DNA from: Raja brachyura
Taxonomy: Eukaryota
Length of the DNA: 64,000 nt
Reading direction: 5' to 3'
Assembly (NCBI GenBank): GCA_963514005.1
Contig: OY740808.1
Coordinates: 29,078,001-29,142,000 of the forward strand
The notes below the pieces were generated by a model. That model ran no database searches. It worked only from the letters and a program-made list of their open reading frames with translations, and had not been told where the DNA came from. This document shows positions 13,201 to 28,200 of this stretch, piece by piece. The position numbers and the translations under genes were made by a program. Position 1 is the stretch's first letter. Every line of letters begins with the position of its first letter.

Positions 13201-16200
13201 AATCCTCCATTAGTTCCGTGTTACCCCTGGTTTCGCATCCTACACACTAGGGGTAACTGACAGAAGCTAATTAAACTACAAACCTGCACGTTTTAGGAAT
13301 GAGGGAGGAAACTGGAGAAAACCCACGCTGTCACAGGGAGAATGTACAAACTCTGCACTGACAGTACCCATAGTCAGGATTGAACCCGGGTCTTTGATGC
13401 CGTGAAGCAGCAGCTCTACGCTGCATCACTATTAGAAAATATGCTGGCTATTTACTATTAAATTCATCCAAAACTAAGAGTTTAGCATTAGCCCCTGGTA
13501 AATGTTTATCTACTCTAACTATAGAAGGGGTCTCTACTGCAAAGTACATGCTGTATTAGCACTGGAGTGTTAATCAGCTTCTGACCATTTTACATTGGCT
13601 GTCATGGTCTTCCCCAGCCAGACCATAATAACATACCTCCAATACTGTTTCCCCAGGCGAGTAACGTCAATCCCAGAACAGTATTACTCAGGTTAAAAAT
13701 TATTCCAAAGGAACGCAAAAGATTGACGATCTCAATGGCTACACTGTTGATCAGTATGATGCTGAAGAAGAAACCAATGAAAGCAAACACCTGAAACAAA
13801 GACAAAAATCTGTCATTTCTTGCATGTATTGAATGTCGACCATAGAAAAGTGCAGTTCTACACATTCACCCATTTTTAAGTAAATAATTGTTCCAATCAA
13901 AATTGTTACAGATGTTATGAATTGTAACCATTTTTAAATGGCACAGGTCAAAAATGAGTTGGGCAAAAAAATAAGTCAGATGACCAGTGGCATAGCAAAG
14001 CATATCAAATTACAAATACAAAGACGACTTTTCAGATGGAGTAATGAATTTAACATCCAAGAATGGCGTGTAGAGTTAAAAGTTCAAAAGATTAAAAAGC
14101 GCAGGCTTGGTGTTCGCTTCGCCCAACACCTCCGCTCAGTTCGCAATAACCAACCTGATCTCCCGGTGGCTGATCACTTCAACTCCCCCTCCCATTCCGA
14201 ATCAGACCTCTGTCCTGGGCCTCTGTCATTGCCAGAGTGAGGCCCAATGCAAATTGGAGGAACAGCACCTCATATTTCGCTTGGGTAGTTTACACCCCGG
14301 TGGTATGAACACCGACTTCTCCAATTTCAGGTAGTCCTTGCTTTCTCCCTCCTTCCCCTCCCCATTCCCAGCTCTCCCACATAGCCTACTGTCTCTGCCT
14401 CTTCCTTTCTCTACCCCCCCCCCCCCCCCCGACATCAGTCTGAAGAAGAGTCTCGACTCCAAACTTCGCCTACTCCTTTTCTTCATAGATGCTGCCTCAC
14501 CCCCCCCCCCCCCCCCCGTGTTTCTCCAGCATTTTTTGTCTACAGTCTGAAGAAGAGTCCTTTCTTCAGACTGAAGGGTTCCACCCTGAAATGCCAGCCA
14601 AACTCGGACAGGGTTGGAGGGATATGGTCAAGCGCAAGCAGGTGGGACTAGAAAAGCTGGGACATGTTGGCCAGTGTGGGCATTGAGCCAAAGGGCCCGT
14701 TTCCACACTATCACTATATGACACTCTAGCACTTTGTCTTGTTTTGTAAACCAGCATCTGCAGTTCCTTGTTCCAATACAAACAGAGTCAAGAACAAATG
14801 CATCTGGAGATCTACTTCTGCTTTCGTGTGGCGTGCACAGCCTAAAGTTGTAGGACAACTTGTTCTATTTGATCTTCTGTTTGTTCACGTCGAGTTAATT
14901 GCATTAGTCAAAAACAGGGCGGACCATGTGAAGGTTGCAATCTCCCACCCCTGTTGATCTACAAGTAACCATAAACCAAGATTCTGCCCAAATTCAGGCA
15001 GAGAAAATAAAACTGTGCATCATAGAATAAATTAAAGTAAAATCACTGTTAAACAGGAAGATAAGACACCGCAACAATGAATGATCAAGGGAAAATGTTA
15101 CATCATGTAGTAAAATGTGGCCGCAGTCATTGTGAAATCATGTAGTTCATAATTACAAGGCTAATCACGTTGACACATGCTGATAATTAAGTGATAATTC
15201 TCCATTCAGCCTACATGTTCATTTAAGAACAATTAAAAATATAATTAAAATGGTTGCAATGCATATATTAATCGAGAAATAAAGGAATTTGTAGACATGT
15301 TAAGATTCCATCAAGGTGTTGGTTGGGTTACAAACAGGAAAGGAATTTTTGGAATACAATTAACAGAAAGAAAGAAACTATTGTTCAGATTGAAATCCAA
15401 GTGGGGATTGGCCCAGTAATATAGAACATTACAATGCAAGACAGCATTGGCCCAGTAATGTAGAACGTCGTTCAAAACACGTTTCATGTGAAACTTACAC
15501 AGTGAAACTTTGGTGGTTCCTCATTTTTTGTGAAGAAGAAAATAACCGCTGCTAAAACTAATGTAATCACCAGAACAACAGCCCATACAGGATACTGGCC
15601 ACGGATGAGCAGCAATCCATCTAAAGAAAATAAATTCTAGTTAAATGATCTCACGCAAAGACTATAGACAATATTTCTGTAGATAAACTAATTTAGAAAC
15701 ATTTTCATACAATTAATGTAGCTCATGCAACCTGTACAGCACATTAAAGTCCAATGAAAAATGCACCCCTGTTTTTCTGATCTTTAAGGGCCCGTCCCAC
15801 TTGGGCGTCATTTGCCTGTTACGCAGATGGCGCGCAAAGATTTTGTACATCCCAAAGTCCTGGGGCACCTCGCGTCACCATGCGTGCATGGTAAATGATG
15901 TCGCGTAAATTACGCGCAAATGGCGCCCAAGTGGGACAGGCCCTTTATAAGATACAAAAAGCAGTGATAAGCCTCAAGTTACTCTTATTTCCCCACTTAC
16001 TACACTCCAACCCCCCAAAAAAAAAAATTACACTAGCATTCCAACTTGATAACCCAGTATCCTGAAAATACACACAAAATGCTAGAGTAACTCAGCGGGG
16101 CAGGCAGCATCTCTGCAAAAAAAGAAATAGGTGACATTTTGGGTCGAGACCCTTTTTCACACCCGAAACATCACCCATTCCTTTTCTCCAGAAATGCTGT

Positions 16201-19200
16201 CTGACCCACTGAGTTACTCCAACTTTGTGTCCATCTTCAGTTTAAGCAAGTTTCTGCATTCCACCCATCACACCCTGCATCTTGATTCCCTTGGGTGTTT
16301 AAAAAGTTATCACAAAAAAAAGTACTACATGACTAAATATAATGGAATTGATTTTCCATGGCTGAGCATCCTCAGTACTCGAGATTTACTATCCAAATTT
16401 AACTATGGACTAATCTTCCTCTTTATACGACAGATACCCAATCCCATTTCCGACAGGCAAATTCTCCGTGCCAAATCAAAGGGAAAACGGATCCTTTAAA
16501 AACATGAAGCATGAAACATGAAGCAAGTGCATCTCCAGATACAGAAATCAAATCTACACTTGGTATTCTTGTTGTGATCCCAAACTACTGTTAAGTTGTG
16601 GCATGATTTCCTTATACTGGCATGCAAATCCCCTGGGGAGTTGTAGATAGACAAAATGCTAGAGTAACTCAGTGGGTCAGGCAGCATCTCTGGAGAGAAG
16701 GAATGGGCGACATTTCAGGTCGAGACCCCAGCTGCATTCTATAAAGTTGGGTGTAATGTTGCTGTCATTGACAAAGTCCATTGCTTGAATGAATGGCTTT
16801 TGAGACTTCGAGGGGTGTTGGGTGTTAATTACATTGATAGGTCCGGAGTTCAAAACCAGACCTTCACCAGGACGTTAAACCAAGTGTGCTCTGATTCACT
16901 ATGAAAATGTCAAAGACCCAGTTTAGACTTTTTATGGCACCCTATCAGAGGGCATGTTGACCAGAAAGTGATCCATTTATTCCAGTCATTTCTTAATCAT
17001 TCACTTTTCCATGCTAACATACCACTGCAACCATGTACATTATGAAATGTGCAGGATAAAGCAGGGATAAAGAAATTGTAAATATTTCCCTCGAGATATT
17101 AAATTTTTATAGTGTCCAAAGATAACCTTTTAACCGAGCAGATATTCATGAACTGGTTTCACCAATTTCGTTCTCCATTAAAAAATGCTTCATTATAATA
17201 CACCTCACAATTTACCATTGGACAATTTTAAATTCCTCTGCTTCCTAGCATAGCTTTTGGCCACAAGATTCAGCACGAGACAGATTAAAATCAAAAGATC
17301 AATCTCTAATCAACATTGCAGCAATAAGCAAAATAACGGTGGCGTAACAGAGCTACTGCCTTACAGTGCCAGAGACCCGGGTTCGATCCCAACAATGGTG
17401 CTCATCTTTATGAAGTTGGTACGTTCTGCCCGCGACCCGCATGGGTTTTTTTTTACCCCAGAGATCTTCGGTTTCCTCCCACTAGAGACACAGGTTTGCA
17501 AGTTAATTGGCTCGGTATAAAATGTAAAATTGTCACATGTGTGCGTGGGTAATGTTAATGTGTGAGGATCGCTGGACAGTACAGACTCTGTGGGCCGAAG
17601 GGCCTGTTTCTGCACTGTATCGCTAAAACTAATCCAAAATCAATTGCAGCGGAATTGGTTTTATGAAAATTGTACAGAATTAGATTTAAATTGGCAGACA
17701 TTTAAACTAATGCAGCTTCCAAATCCCTGAATGTAATGTTGGGAGCTTGCAGTGCAAGTCCATTGACCCCGATAATCATGCTTAAAGTATATTAACTGCA
17801 ATTAATTCATTCACAACACCAGTATTTATCTCATTCTCCCATGGAGTACCCAAAAAAACCACAAATAAATAAAAAATCTAAAACTCCTGTTCACTTGCAA
17901 CAATAAAACAGCATGGGAGAGGAGAAAAAAAAAAGTACTTCTGGAATCAATTATCCCAATGAGTAAGCAGGGAAGGGAGGATGCAAAAACAACATCGGCA
18001 ATTGCGCAAGTTGCCTAAATTCAGAAAGCGTTCTGCTTTTGGCTGCCAATTCAGTTTGAAGAAAATCTAAATGTCAAGGAAAGCAACTTAACTAATAGTC
18101 CTTCTGCAAACTGTATTAGTCACATGTCCATATGTTTTAGAAAACTCCTTTTATCTAAACTTGAGATATCAAATTTCAACCAGACCCACCCCAGATTTGT
18201 CTGACCGTTACAATGTTTTTCTCTTATTTTAACACAGTGATGCAAATAAAATTCTTACAGTAGCCAGATTTAAATACAAGGATGCAGACAAGCGAGCCGG
18301 TAACTATCTGTAGACAATTCAGGGGCCGCTTCCAGTTTTGATTATCTTGGTCAAAGTCAACCACAGGAATACAAAGCAGAAGCAAAAACTCGATTGGCAG
18401 CTGGAAGAGAGAAATGAAAGCATCAGAAAGTTGCAACTGAACATTGTAATTAGAACAGACAACCAGTCTAAAATGAGGAAACTAAATCAAGGCACGAGGG
18501 AGGAGGGAGCGGGTGCCGCAAGGAAAATGGGGAAGACTAGAAACCAACAGCAAAACAATTGGAAAAAAATGACTAAAATTAGCTCTGGAAAATAAACAGT
18601 GATTTGGTTACAAATGACGAACTCACAAGCTGAAGTTTCAATTTGTCTTGGTTGCAGAGGGAAGGGAAGAGACGGCCATTATGGGAACCGAAAACTTCAC
18701 CCAAATTATTTAAGCAAAACGTTTGACAAAACTGGAGATTTACATTCTGGACCATTATAACGATTCGCCTTCCTCTGAAAGTGAAACCAAATAGCAAAAT
18801 ACAGCATCTCAGTGCACAGTGCATTAACAATGGCCTCAAACACTGCAATTTAGAATTAAGCTTCCAGTACATTTTAAAGCAAGGGTGCCACAGTGGCACA
18901 ACAGTAGACTTGCTGCCTCACAGCGCCAGAGACCCGGGTTCGATCCTGACTACGAGTGCTGTCTGTATGGAGTTTGTACGTTCTTCCTGTGACCGCGTGG
19001 GTTTTCTCCAGGATCTCCAGTTTCCTCCCACACTCCAAGGACGTACAAAGGTTTGTAGATTAATTGGCTTTGGTAAAAAAAATAGCTCTAGTATGTAGGA
19101 TAGTGTTAACTGTGCGGGGATCACTGGTCAATGTGGACACAGTGAGACAAAGGGCCAGTTTCCACGATGTATCACTAAACTAAACTCAAATCACCTTCAG

Positions 19201-22200
19201 GCATTTGAAAATCTTCCAGGGCAAATGTTTCCTCCTCCATTTTTGAAAGTCGATGGGATTAAGAGAGTCCAGCAAAATGGATTTGGTAGATCTCGATTCT
19301 TCTGTCTCAATTAAAGATTGATACTCGCTTGCTGCAGAGAGAAATCTTTGGTCAGAAATATAGAGTCTGCACTTTGGGATTTGCAAGCCAAAACCAAGGC
19401 AAAAGCAAAAGCCTATTGTTATGTCTTACATTGAACTGGCATGTACATTATATAACTATGTGCCAAAAATAGACAATGTCACAAACCAATTTATACGGGT
19501 TTGAAAGTACGGCACAGAAAGACCTCAACTTCAGTAAATTCGTCACATTACACATTCAAAAACAAAAAATGTTGTAAGCATATGGGGCAAACACAGGCAT
19601 GTGGGACTAGGATAGATGGGGCATCTTGGTTAGCATGGGGAAGTTACGCTGATGGGCCCCCGTTTCCAGGCTGGATGACTAACCCGAACAGTTTAGCTCA
19701 AGAGAAAGTGCTTACTGTCTTCAAGTGTAGTTCTCCTGATACATGTTGGAATCTCATCGTCATTGCCATTAACTGAAAAACAGTAATTATATTGTTTACT
19801 ACATCGAATAGCATACACATCTCAAAAGGACACAAAGTGCTGGAGTATCTCAGCAGCTTTGGCCACATCTCAGGAGAATATGGACAAGTGATGTTTCAGG
19901 CCAAGACTCTTCAAGTTGCCCTGTATAGTGCTCGTTCTAGAGCATTGCTCTACGCCGCTTCAGTTTTAATTGTCAAGTAGAACGTTAAACAGTTATTGTT
20001 TAACGCGTCTTCCAATGTATTGAAACATGCTTGTGGCACTAGTCCTGGAGAAGATAAGGCATGAAACGTAGAAGTCACTTTTAAAAAAAACACTATTCTG
20101 AAAGATGAAAAGTTAATAATCATTTAACAAAGCAAGCCACCATTAATCCACACAAACTTTGCCTTCTCAAAATTAGCAACGTACAAATATGCAGCAAGCG
20201 AGTAAGATGTATATTTCACAAAACACTTCAATGAGATAAAACCCAATTTAGTGTAGGATGGAACTGCAGATGCTGGTTTATACCGAATATAAACAAAACT
20301 CTGGAGTAACTCAGCGGGTCAGGCAGCATCTCTGGAGAAAAGGAATAGGTGGTGTTTCGGGTCCAGACTCTTCTTCAGACAGACTCGGGGGAGAGGGAAT
20401 CTAAAGGCATGACGAGGTACGAACAAATCAGAACCGGCAATGATGACCAAGGAGCCCACAATGGCCCATTGTTGGCTGTGGAGGTGATATCAAAGGGATA
20501 TGAACAGTGAAGCTAGCAGGATGACCAGAGGGTGGGGGAGGGTTACTTGAAATTAGAGAAATCAATATTCATACCACTGGGTTGTAAACAGCCCAAGCAC
20601 CATTAATGTGGCCAGCACTTTCTTACTACCGAGGGCAGTAGTTCAATTCTGCGATAATTGCGATTTGGAAAAAAGTCAGTTAAACAGGGGTTGGCATGTT
20701 ACTTACTTTCTGAATGATTGTTGTAGAGAGAAGCACGTGGCTGGTTTTTGCCCTTCTGGTAAATTACACTGCTTACGATTACCACGAGAACATAAACAGC
20801 ATAAAGGGCCAAGTAACCTACGGAGATAAAATATAAAGTTCATTTCACAATGAGAGTTCAAAGTCATATTGAATTGCCACAAAATTCAATTGGATAGATT
20901 GACAGAAGCTAAAGTCAAGTGATGTGACTTCCCCAAGTCAGCTCAAAATTCTCACCAAGTGCTTGTGCCAAATTAATACTCCCAAAGTAGAGGACCAGGA
21001 ATGCCCAGAAAACTGCCGCCATGTAGAAGGTAACGTCTCGGAGGAATGGTCTGGATGCCACTGTAAATGGTCTTGCAAGGCCAACACCTCCAGCAACAAC
21101 TGTGGTCACAAATATACCAGCACCTGCAAAGTAGCACAAAGTTTTACATCTTAAAGTATTCAGAGCAACTCATCCCAGACTCGAGAAGGCAACTGAACCA
21201 TCCTGCCAACTAGAGAGCCAAACTACTATCTACCTCGATGAAGACAGTCAGATGATCTTTGATCAGACTTTAGTGGCTTTATCTTGCACTAGATGTTATT
21301 CACATTATTCCCTTCATCACGTTTCCGAACACGGTTTAGCTCGATTGTAATCATGTATCGTCTTTTCGCTTTACACACAAAAGTTTTTCCACTGAACCTC
21401 GGTACACGTCACAATAAACCAACACAAACTAAAAGCATCTTATCACAATAAAGGGAAAGAAAAATCTCTTGCATATCATTATATAGGATACCAGCAAGGC
21501 AACATTGTTATAATGCTCTTCAAGACAATAATCACCTCTATATAGATGCAATCCAATGAATCCCACTCCCTCATACCCACCCCTACCAAGTCCATTTTCA
21601 AATATCAACACAGCTCCCACTGGATGCTATAACTGAATCTACCTTCATTATTACACTCAGCAAAGCACGACGTGGCAAATTTTCTTTTAAAAGGCATTGA
21701 TGCGTTGTATAGTGGAAATGTAGCCAATTAGTTTAATTCAGTTTAGAGATACAGCGTCGAAACGGGCCCTTCAGCCCACCGAGTCCGCACCGACCAGTGA
21801 TCCCCACTCTCCTACGCACGCTAGGGACAATTACACATACACCAAGCCAATTAACCGACAAACCTGTATGTCTTGTGTGTGGGAGGAAACCGAAGAACTT
21901 TGAGAAAACCCACATGGTCTCAGGGAGAACGTACAAACTCTGTACGGACAGCACCCGTAGTCGGCATTGATCCAGGGTCTCCGGCGCTGGAATATTTCCA
22001 AATGTCTGAAAATTACCCCAGAGAATCGAGGAGGGTGGTGGGAGTCGGCGACAGTGGATGCAAAACCTGTGTGGGCAACATGGTGCACAGCGGGAGAGTT
22101 GCTGCCTTAGGTTCGATCCCGGCTAAGGGTGCTGTCTGTACGGAGTTTGTATCTTCTCCCTGTGACCACGTCGGGTTTCTCTTAGATCTCTGGTTTCCTC

Positions 22201-25200
22201 CAACATTCCAAAGATGTACAGGTTTGCAAGTTAATTGTCTTTCTCCAAATGATAATTGTTCCGTGTGTGTAGGATAGTGTTGATGTGCAGGGACCGGCAT
22301 GGATTCAGTGGTCTGAAGGACCAGTTTCCACGCTGTATTTCTAAACTAACTAAGCAAAAGGCCAGTGAGAGGAGCCAGGGTCTTGCCTTTGCGCATTCAT
22401 GGTTGGCTGCAGGAGGCAGACCCCGAGGCATGGGCTGCATGGTGGCCAGGCGAGGAGAGGGATGATGTTTTGCTGGACGATCCAGATGCAAGCGACGGCT
22501 GCATTGGGGCTTTATGGCCAACTGCAGCTTGGACATTGAAAATGCCACCAAACCCCGACAACTCTTGTATATGGCGAGAGTGGGCTATTTCTGTACACTT
22601 TGTACTCAATCGGGGATTGTGCTGATCTTGACACAATTTACTGAATTGGATGCTAAAGAATGTCACTGTACCTCAGTACATGCAATAATAAAGAACCATC
22701 AAGCCTTTCTTGTACGCATTACAATGTATAGCCCATCCACATCATGTACATCTTCAGCCAAGACCCAGCAGGATCATCTTCCTTGATATAGCCATTAATT
22801 CCTCAAGGCAGCACGGTGGTGCAGCGGCAAAGTCGCTGCCTTACAGCGTTTTCTGCACCAGAGATGCCGGTTCGATCCCGACTACGGGTGCTGTCTGTAC
22901 AGAGTTTGTACATTCTCCCCGTGAGTTCTCCTCACAGCTCTTCAGTCCTCCCACACTTCAAATATGTACAGGTTTGTAGGTTAATTGGCTTTGTATAAAT
23001 GTAAATTGTCCCTCGTGTGTATAGAAGTGTTAATATGCAGAGATCGCTGGTTGGCGTTGACTTGGTGGGCCGAAGGGCCCCGTTTCCGCGATGTATTTCT
23101 AAACTAAAGATAGATACAGTAACTCCAGATCAGACCTCTAAAAATCCTATCCTTGGTCATGCCTGAAGAATGGTTTCGCATTTCCTGTTCCAGAATATTT
23201 TTTCATGCTTTTAGTCCTTTTCAAAACTTAATCTGCAGTTTAATCAGCCCAGTTGTCACATGTTTAAAATCTGGCAATTTGTTCTTCTGTTTTACTGTTC
23301 ATAGAGTGATATCACATACACACATGGTCCATTTTATCTTCCATAGCCGTTCTGAATATTATGGCTGCAATTTCCAAGCTCCTTCCAGCACCGGAACTGG
23401 ATTCACCTGGTTCATTTCCCCCGAATGAACGATAATACCGCTGTCCTTCATGTTGTGTGAATCAGTAACATCTTGACCAAGCAAGTTCTTAGTTTAATTT
23501 GGAGACACAGCATGGAAACAGCCCCACCCTGACCAAGTTCCCACTGATCATCAATCACCCACTCCCATTAGTTTCATGTTATCCCACTTTCTCATCCACT
23601 ACCTAAACATCAAGATCAATGTTTAGCGGCCAATTAATCTACCAACCCACAAGTCTTTGGGACGTGGGAGGAAATCGGAGCACCTGGAGCAAACCCACGT
23701 GCAAACTCCACACAAGCAGCACAATAAAGGTCAAGATCAAGCCCGGGTTTCAGGTGCTGTGAGACAGCAGTTCTACCCACTGCACAGCCCTCTTCTCCCA
23801 AATACACCTCGTTTAAAATAAATGACATGTTAAATAGCCAAGTGAAAGTGCAAAGAAACAACTTACCGAACAAAGCTCCAATCGCCAGGCTTGCTGTTCG
23901 AGTATCAGAAAAGGCTGCTATTGCACTGAATAGATCAGGAGCTCCGTTACCAAGGGCAAGGAAAGTGACACCATGAATATACTCAGTCAAGGACACGTGA
24001 TGAATAAATAAATGGTGTACAAGTCAGAAATATCTTTGCAAATAAACCAAACCTCAATTATCTCGAGCTAATTAAAACAAGTCTTGGGTGCACAAGCTTA
24101 GAGCTGAAAATTGGGAACAATTTTGAACATCCCAATGTGAACAACAATTCACATTTAATATGAAAGGTGTATTTGAAACATTTAGAAATCCTCTATTTAA
24201 AAAAGAGAACAGGTTTTTGTCTTCCTTGCCAAACTTAGAGTGCATGACATAGCTCAATACAATAACTCCAACCACAGAACGAGATGCAATTAAATACTTC
24301 CAGACAACTTAACTACACTTCTCAGTAACTTTGACCTGGTTTTCACAAGGTTGACAATTGCTTGTAAATCTCTTGCTCGTGGACCATTCACATGGGAGTA
24401 CAGAACACGAGATAGAGGTCAATAGTTACAGTCAAACATCTACAATTCAAACAAGTGGGACTTAATGGCTGGCCAACTATTACAAGTTAATTTGATCAAA
24501 AAATATCAGGAGCAAGCAGTGGAATTTGGAAGATACACAATATCAAATTTTAAAAAACAGCTCTTCCTAACATGGAATTTAAAGAGTCCCAATATATGGG
24601 TCAAGTACGCATTAGAGCTGCCTAGTCCCAATATCAAGGCAGTCATTATAGTAACAGAAAAACAGCTGTACTATGGATGTCAACTACTGAAATTAGGATA
24701 AAATGGAGGCAAAATAGTTTGAGACCAAAGTGGTGGGATGCTGTGGGGGGGAATACAAACGAGGACCCGGTGTGGGGGAACTACGATGGGGGGGTGGTGA
24801 AGGAACAAAGGACCCTGTGTGAGGTACGTTGTTGGCAACCTTTATGTGGCAACTCTTTGCATACCTTGGGTATACACAACAAAGAAAATAACTGACTTGT
24901 CACATGACAATTAAGTATTCATTCACTCATTCTTTTGCATTACTGATTATATTCTGCTATGGTGTGATGTGCTTGGATAGCAGACAACAGTTTTTCTCCA
25001 CTATATAAAACATTAAGCTTTGAATACATCCAGGAATTCAACGGCTGATAAAAAGGATACTGCCACATTATGTGACAACTTCAAACTTGTCGCTATGGCA
25101 GCCAGATTTGGGCAGAAGCTAAAGAGAAACAAAATGAATGAGACTTGCCTTTAAAATGTGTTTGAAGATCAGAACAGTTAAGAAACCACAAATTATAATT

Positions 25201-28200
25201 AGCTCCACTGCCAATGAGGGACAGAATCATATTTTAAAAGAGGTGGGTAAATATCAAGACATTTAGTGCATGAAGGAATGGCTGTAACATGTGGATAGAT
25301 TTTCCAGAAACAGCACACGCAATGTGCACTACATAAGTTATAAGTTAATTAAACCTAGAACTAGCAACTCTAGATTTAACCCAGAGAATATTCCCGGAGC
25401 AGGGAAAGATTTCATGTACAAAACTGAGGCATTTGCATTCTCCAATTTCAAGTAATACCCCCCCCACCCCTCTCTCCTGTGCCCCTCCCCACACCCATTC
25501 TCCCGACCCCTCTTCCCTCCAACCAATATCACTACCCGACTTAACATTTCACGTCTCTTCTCTCCTTTCATAACTAGCCTTAATCACTTCACCCTTTGTT
25601 CCAACATCTACCTATCCAACCCACCTTTGTTCACCCATTGTCTGACACTTCGTCCTGCCTTTCCTCACTCCCGGCTTTCTCCCCCAGCTACCAGTCTGAA
25701 GAATGGCACAAAATGCTGGAGTAACTCAATGGGACAATAGGAATAGGTGACGTTTTGAGTCTTCAGTCTGAAACAAATCACCTATCCATAGGTAGACAAA
25801 AGTGCTGGAGAAACATCTAAGATGTTGCTGCAGCCGCTGAGTTTCTCCAGCACTTTTGTCCACCTTTGATTTTCCAGCATCTGCAGTTCCTTCTTAAACA
25901 CATCACCTACCCATGTTGGCCAGAAACAGTGCTTGACCCACTGAGTTAATCCAGCACTTTGTGTCCCTATCTAGTCTGATCTCTTTATCATAAAGTTGCA
26001 GAACAGAACAAATTGTAATCTCACCAAAAATCTACAGTGTCTGACCAACAATTTCCTGCCACGTGGAGTTTCAGAACACGTGACAAATACCACCATCCAA
26101 TATACAAAACTTTGTTCTGCATAGTTTAGCCTGGAAAGGTTTTACATTCGATTGAAGCGGAAACATCTCTACTTGATTTACAAGCAATTCCAGAAACCCA
26201 ACCTCAGTCAATTGCCTTTAACTATATGGCATTTTAATCTTACTTTGAAGATTAAAAGATAACAGTTTTTCACAAACTGAAGAATGGAAAGCACGAAAAT
26301 ATTTTAAAATTCACAATTTTAAGATTAACTTCAATAACTACAAAAAGGGAACAGGGTAGACAAAGTTCCCGTAAAATGTAACGTCATGCAGAAAGAGTGG
26401 GTAAGCAAAAGATTGTTTAGGCAAGGAATTATATTACGCACCAAAAGTCAGCACTTACAATTTTTCAGCTGTTATTCCAAGGAACATGAATAGATAGAAC
26501 AACCAAACTGCCTGTGTAAAAACAAGTATGAAGAGACTGTTGGGCCTTATTTTACAAATCCTACCTTTTATTGTCAAGCATGTTAGAAATTCTAATCCCA
26601 ACCCTAAACAGTTTGAATGCAGCTATTTGCATTCTAGTCCAATGTACAACCACACATTTTGTCAACGTACAAATTCTACAAAAATAATCAAATTAACACT
26701 TGTCCCAAAAAACAGAATATCAAGGGTGACCCAATGCAAAAAAAAAAATGTTTTATGCAGTTTTAACTCAAGGTTTTAATGAATCATCTTGTAAACTGGG
26801 GCCAAGGAAAGAAGAGTGTTCACATCGCGGCCCAGTTCCCACCACTACACACAAGCGCGAGACACCTTTGTACGCAGATGCCGAGAAGCGTTCAGCTCTG
26901 GCTGAACAATTTCTAATCTTGTGATGGGGACTCGATAAGAAGATTGTGTAAACTGGCATTGTTAAGTAAATTGAGCACTTAATTTCTCAAGTTAAATTGC
27001 GCAAATCCACATAATGAACAGGAAAAATCAGTTGACGACCCTTAAATATTAATCAGTTACATCAACTGACAAATCCATTTGTGGATTTTTTGAGAGCATT
27101 GCAAAATTTGGGTTTTAAATTAACATTGATAATCACAGACTAATCCCATGACAATGACTAATACTCTCTGCTACTCATAGTGTGCATGCACGGTCATTGG
27201 AAAGATTATCACACGAATCTGCAAACATTTTAGGTCAAATTAGTGGAGTTAGGGGTGAATTGTTACATTTTAAAAATCCAAGAAATCTCTCTTAAAAGCA
27301 ATTTGAGTTGGAGAGAGGGGAAGCCATGCCCGTGATCCCAAAGAAACCTGTAGGATGAACTGCTAAATCTTTTTTTTGTATATATTTTTATTAGAGGCCA
27401 TACGTATTACAAATAATATAATAATTTTTTCAGATATGCATATTACACATTTCCAAAATTATATTATTACAAAGCAATATATATCAGCCTCAATTTTTTT
27501 TAATAGTGAAGAGAAAAAAGAGTAAAGAAAGAATAGATGTTTAATTTAAAAAGTGTGATTTTGATTATATGTGAGAAGAGAGAAAAAAATAATAAAATCA
27601 AAACAAAATCAAACAAAATTTAAAAATCCATATTACTAGCAAACAATTATTATACTTAAAGATAGAAAAACAGTATACATCTTAACAATGAATGGAACAA
27701 TTTCTAATACATATATAGAGACAAGTATATAAATCTCAGATTAAACCTTTTCATTTGATCTTACCACCGGGTACTTGTTGATGAACTGCTAAATCTTAAA
27801 AGGAAACTAAATAAATAATTGGCCGAGAATAGCAGGAGCTCTTGGTTTTTTTTTTTTTTAAAACAGTAAGCGGCCTAACAGAAAGCATAGTGGGATGGGT
27901 TAAAAAGATACAACATTTTAGAGCCTTAAATGATTAATGCTTGAGCCCAGAAAATGGACGGTGTTTAGTACAGTTGAATGCATGGCTAAAGACATTGTAT
28001 ACGAGGGCAGGCTTCCTGCAGCATTGGAGGCAGAGGGTTGACAACACAGGCAGATAGGATTAGCTCGGAATGCTAACATGGCTAGCACAGACATGGGTTG
28101 AAGGGTCTATTACTGCAATGTTCTAAAGATACAAGTTCTGATCAGAGGGCTGAAAGACAGCCAAGAAACCAATGAAATGTGTTGATAGAAATTGCCAAGT

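Noticed and set aside
18886-18950. tRNA-like A and B boxes (and similar copies elsewhere)
   Set aside because: These are SINE heads without a complete cloverleaf, not tRNA genes.
26785-26960. GC-richer intronic patch bounded by TGTAAACTGG direct repeats, considered as a snoRNA or enhancer
   Set aside because: No convincing C/D or H/ACA boxes with terminal stems; cannot be supported without conservation data.
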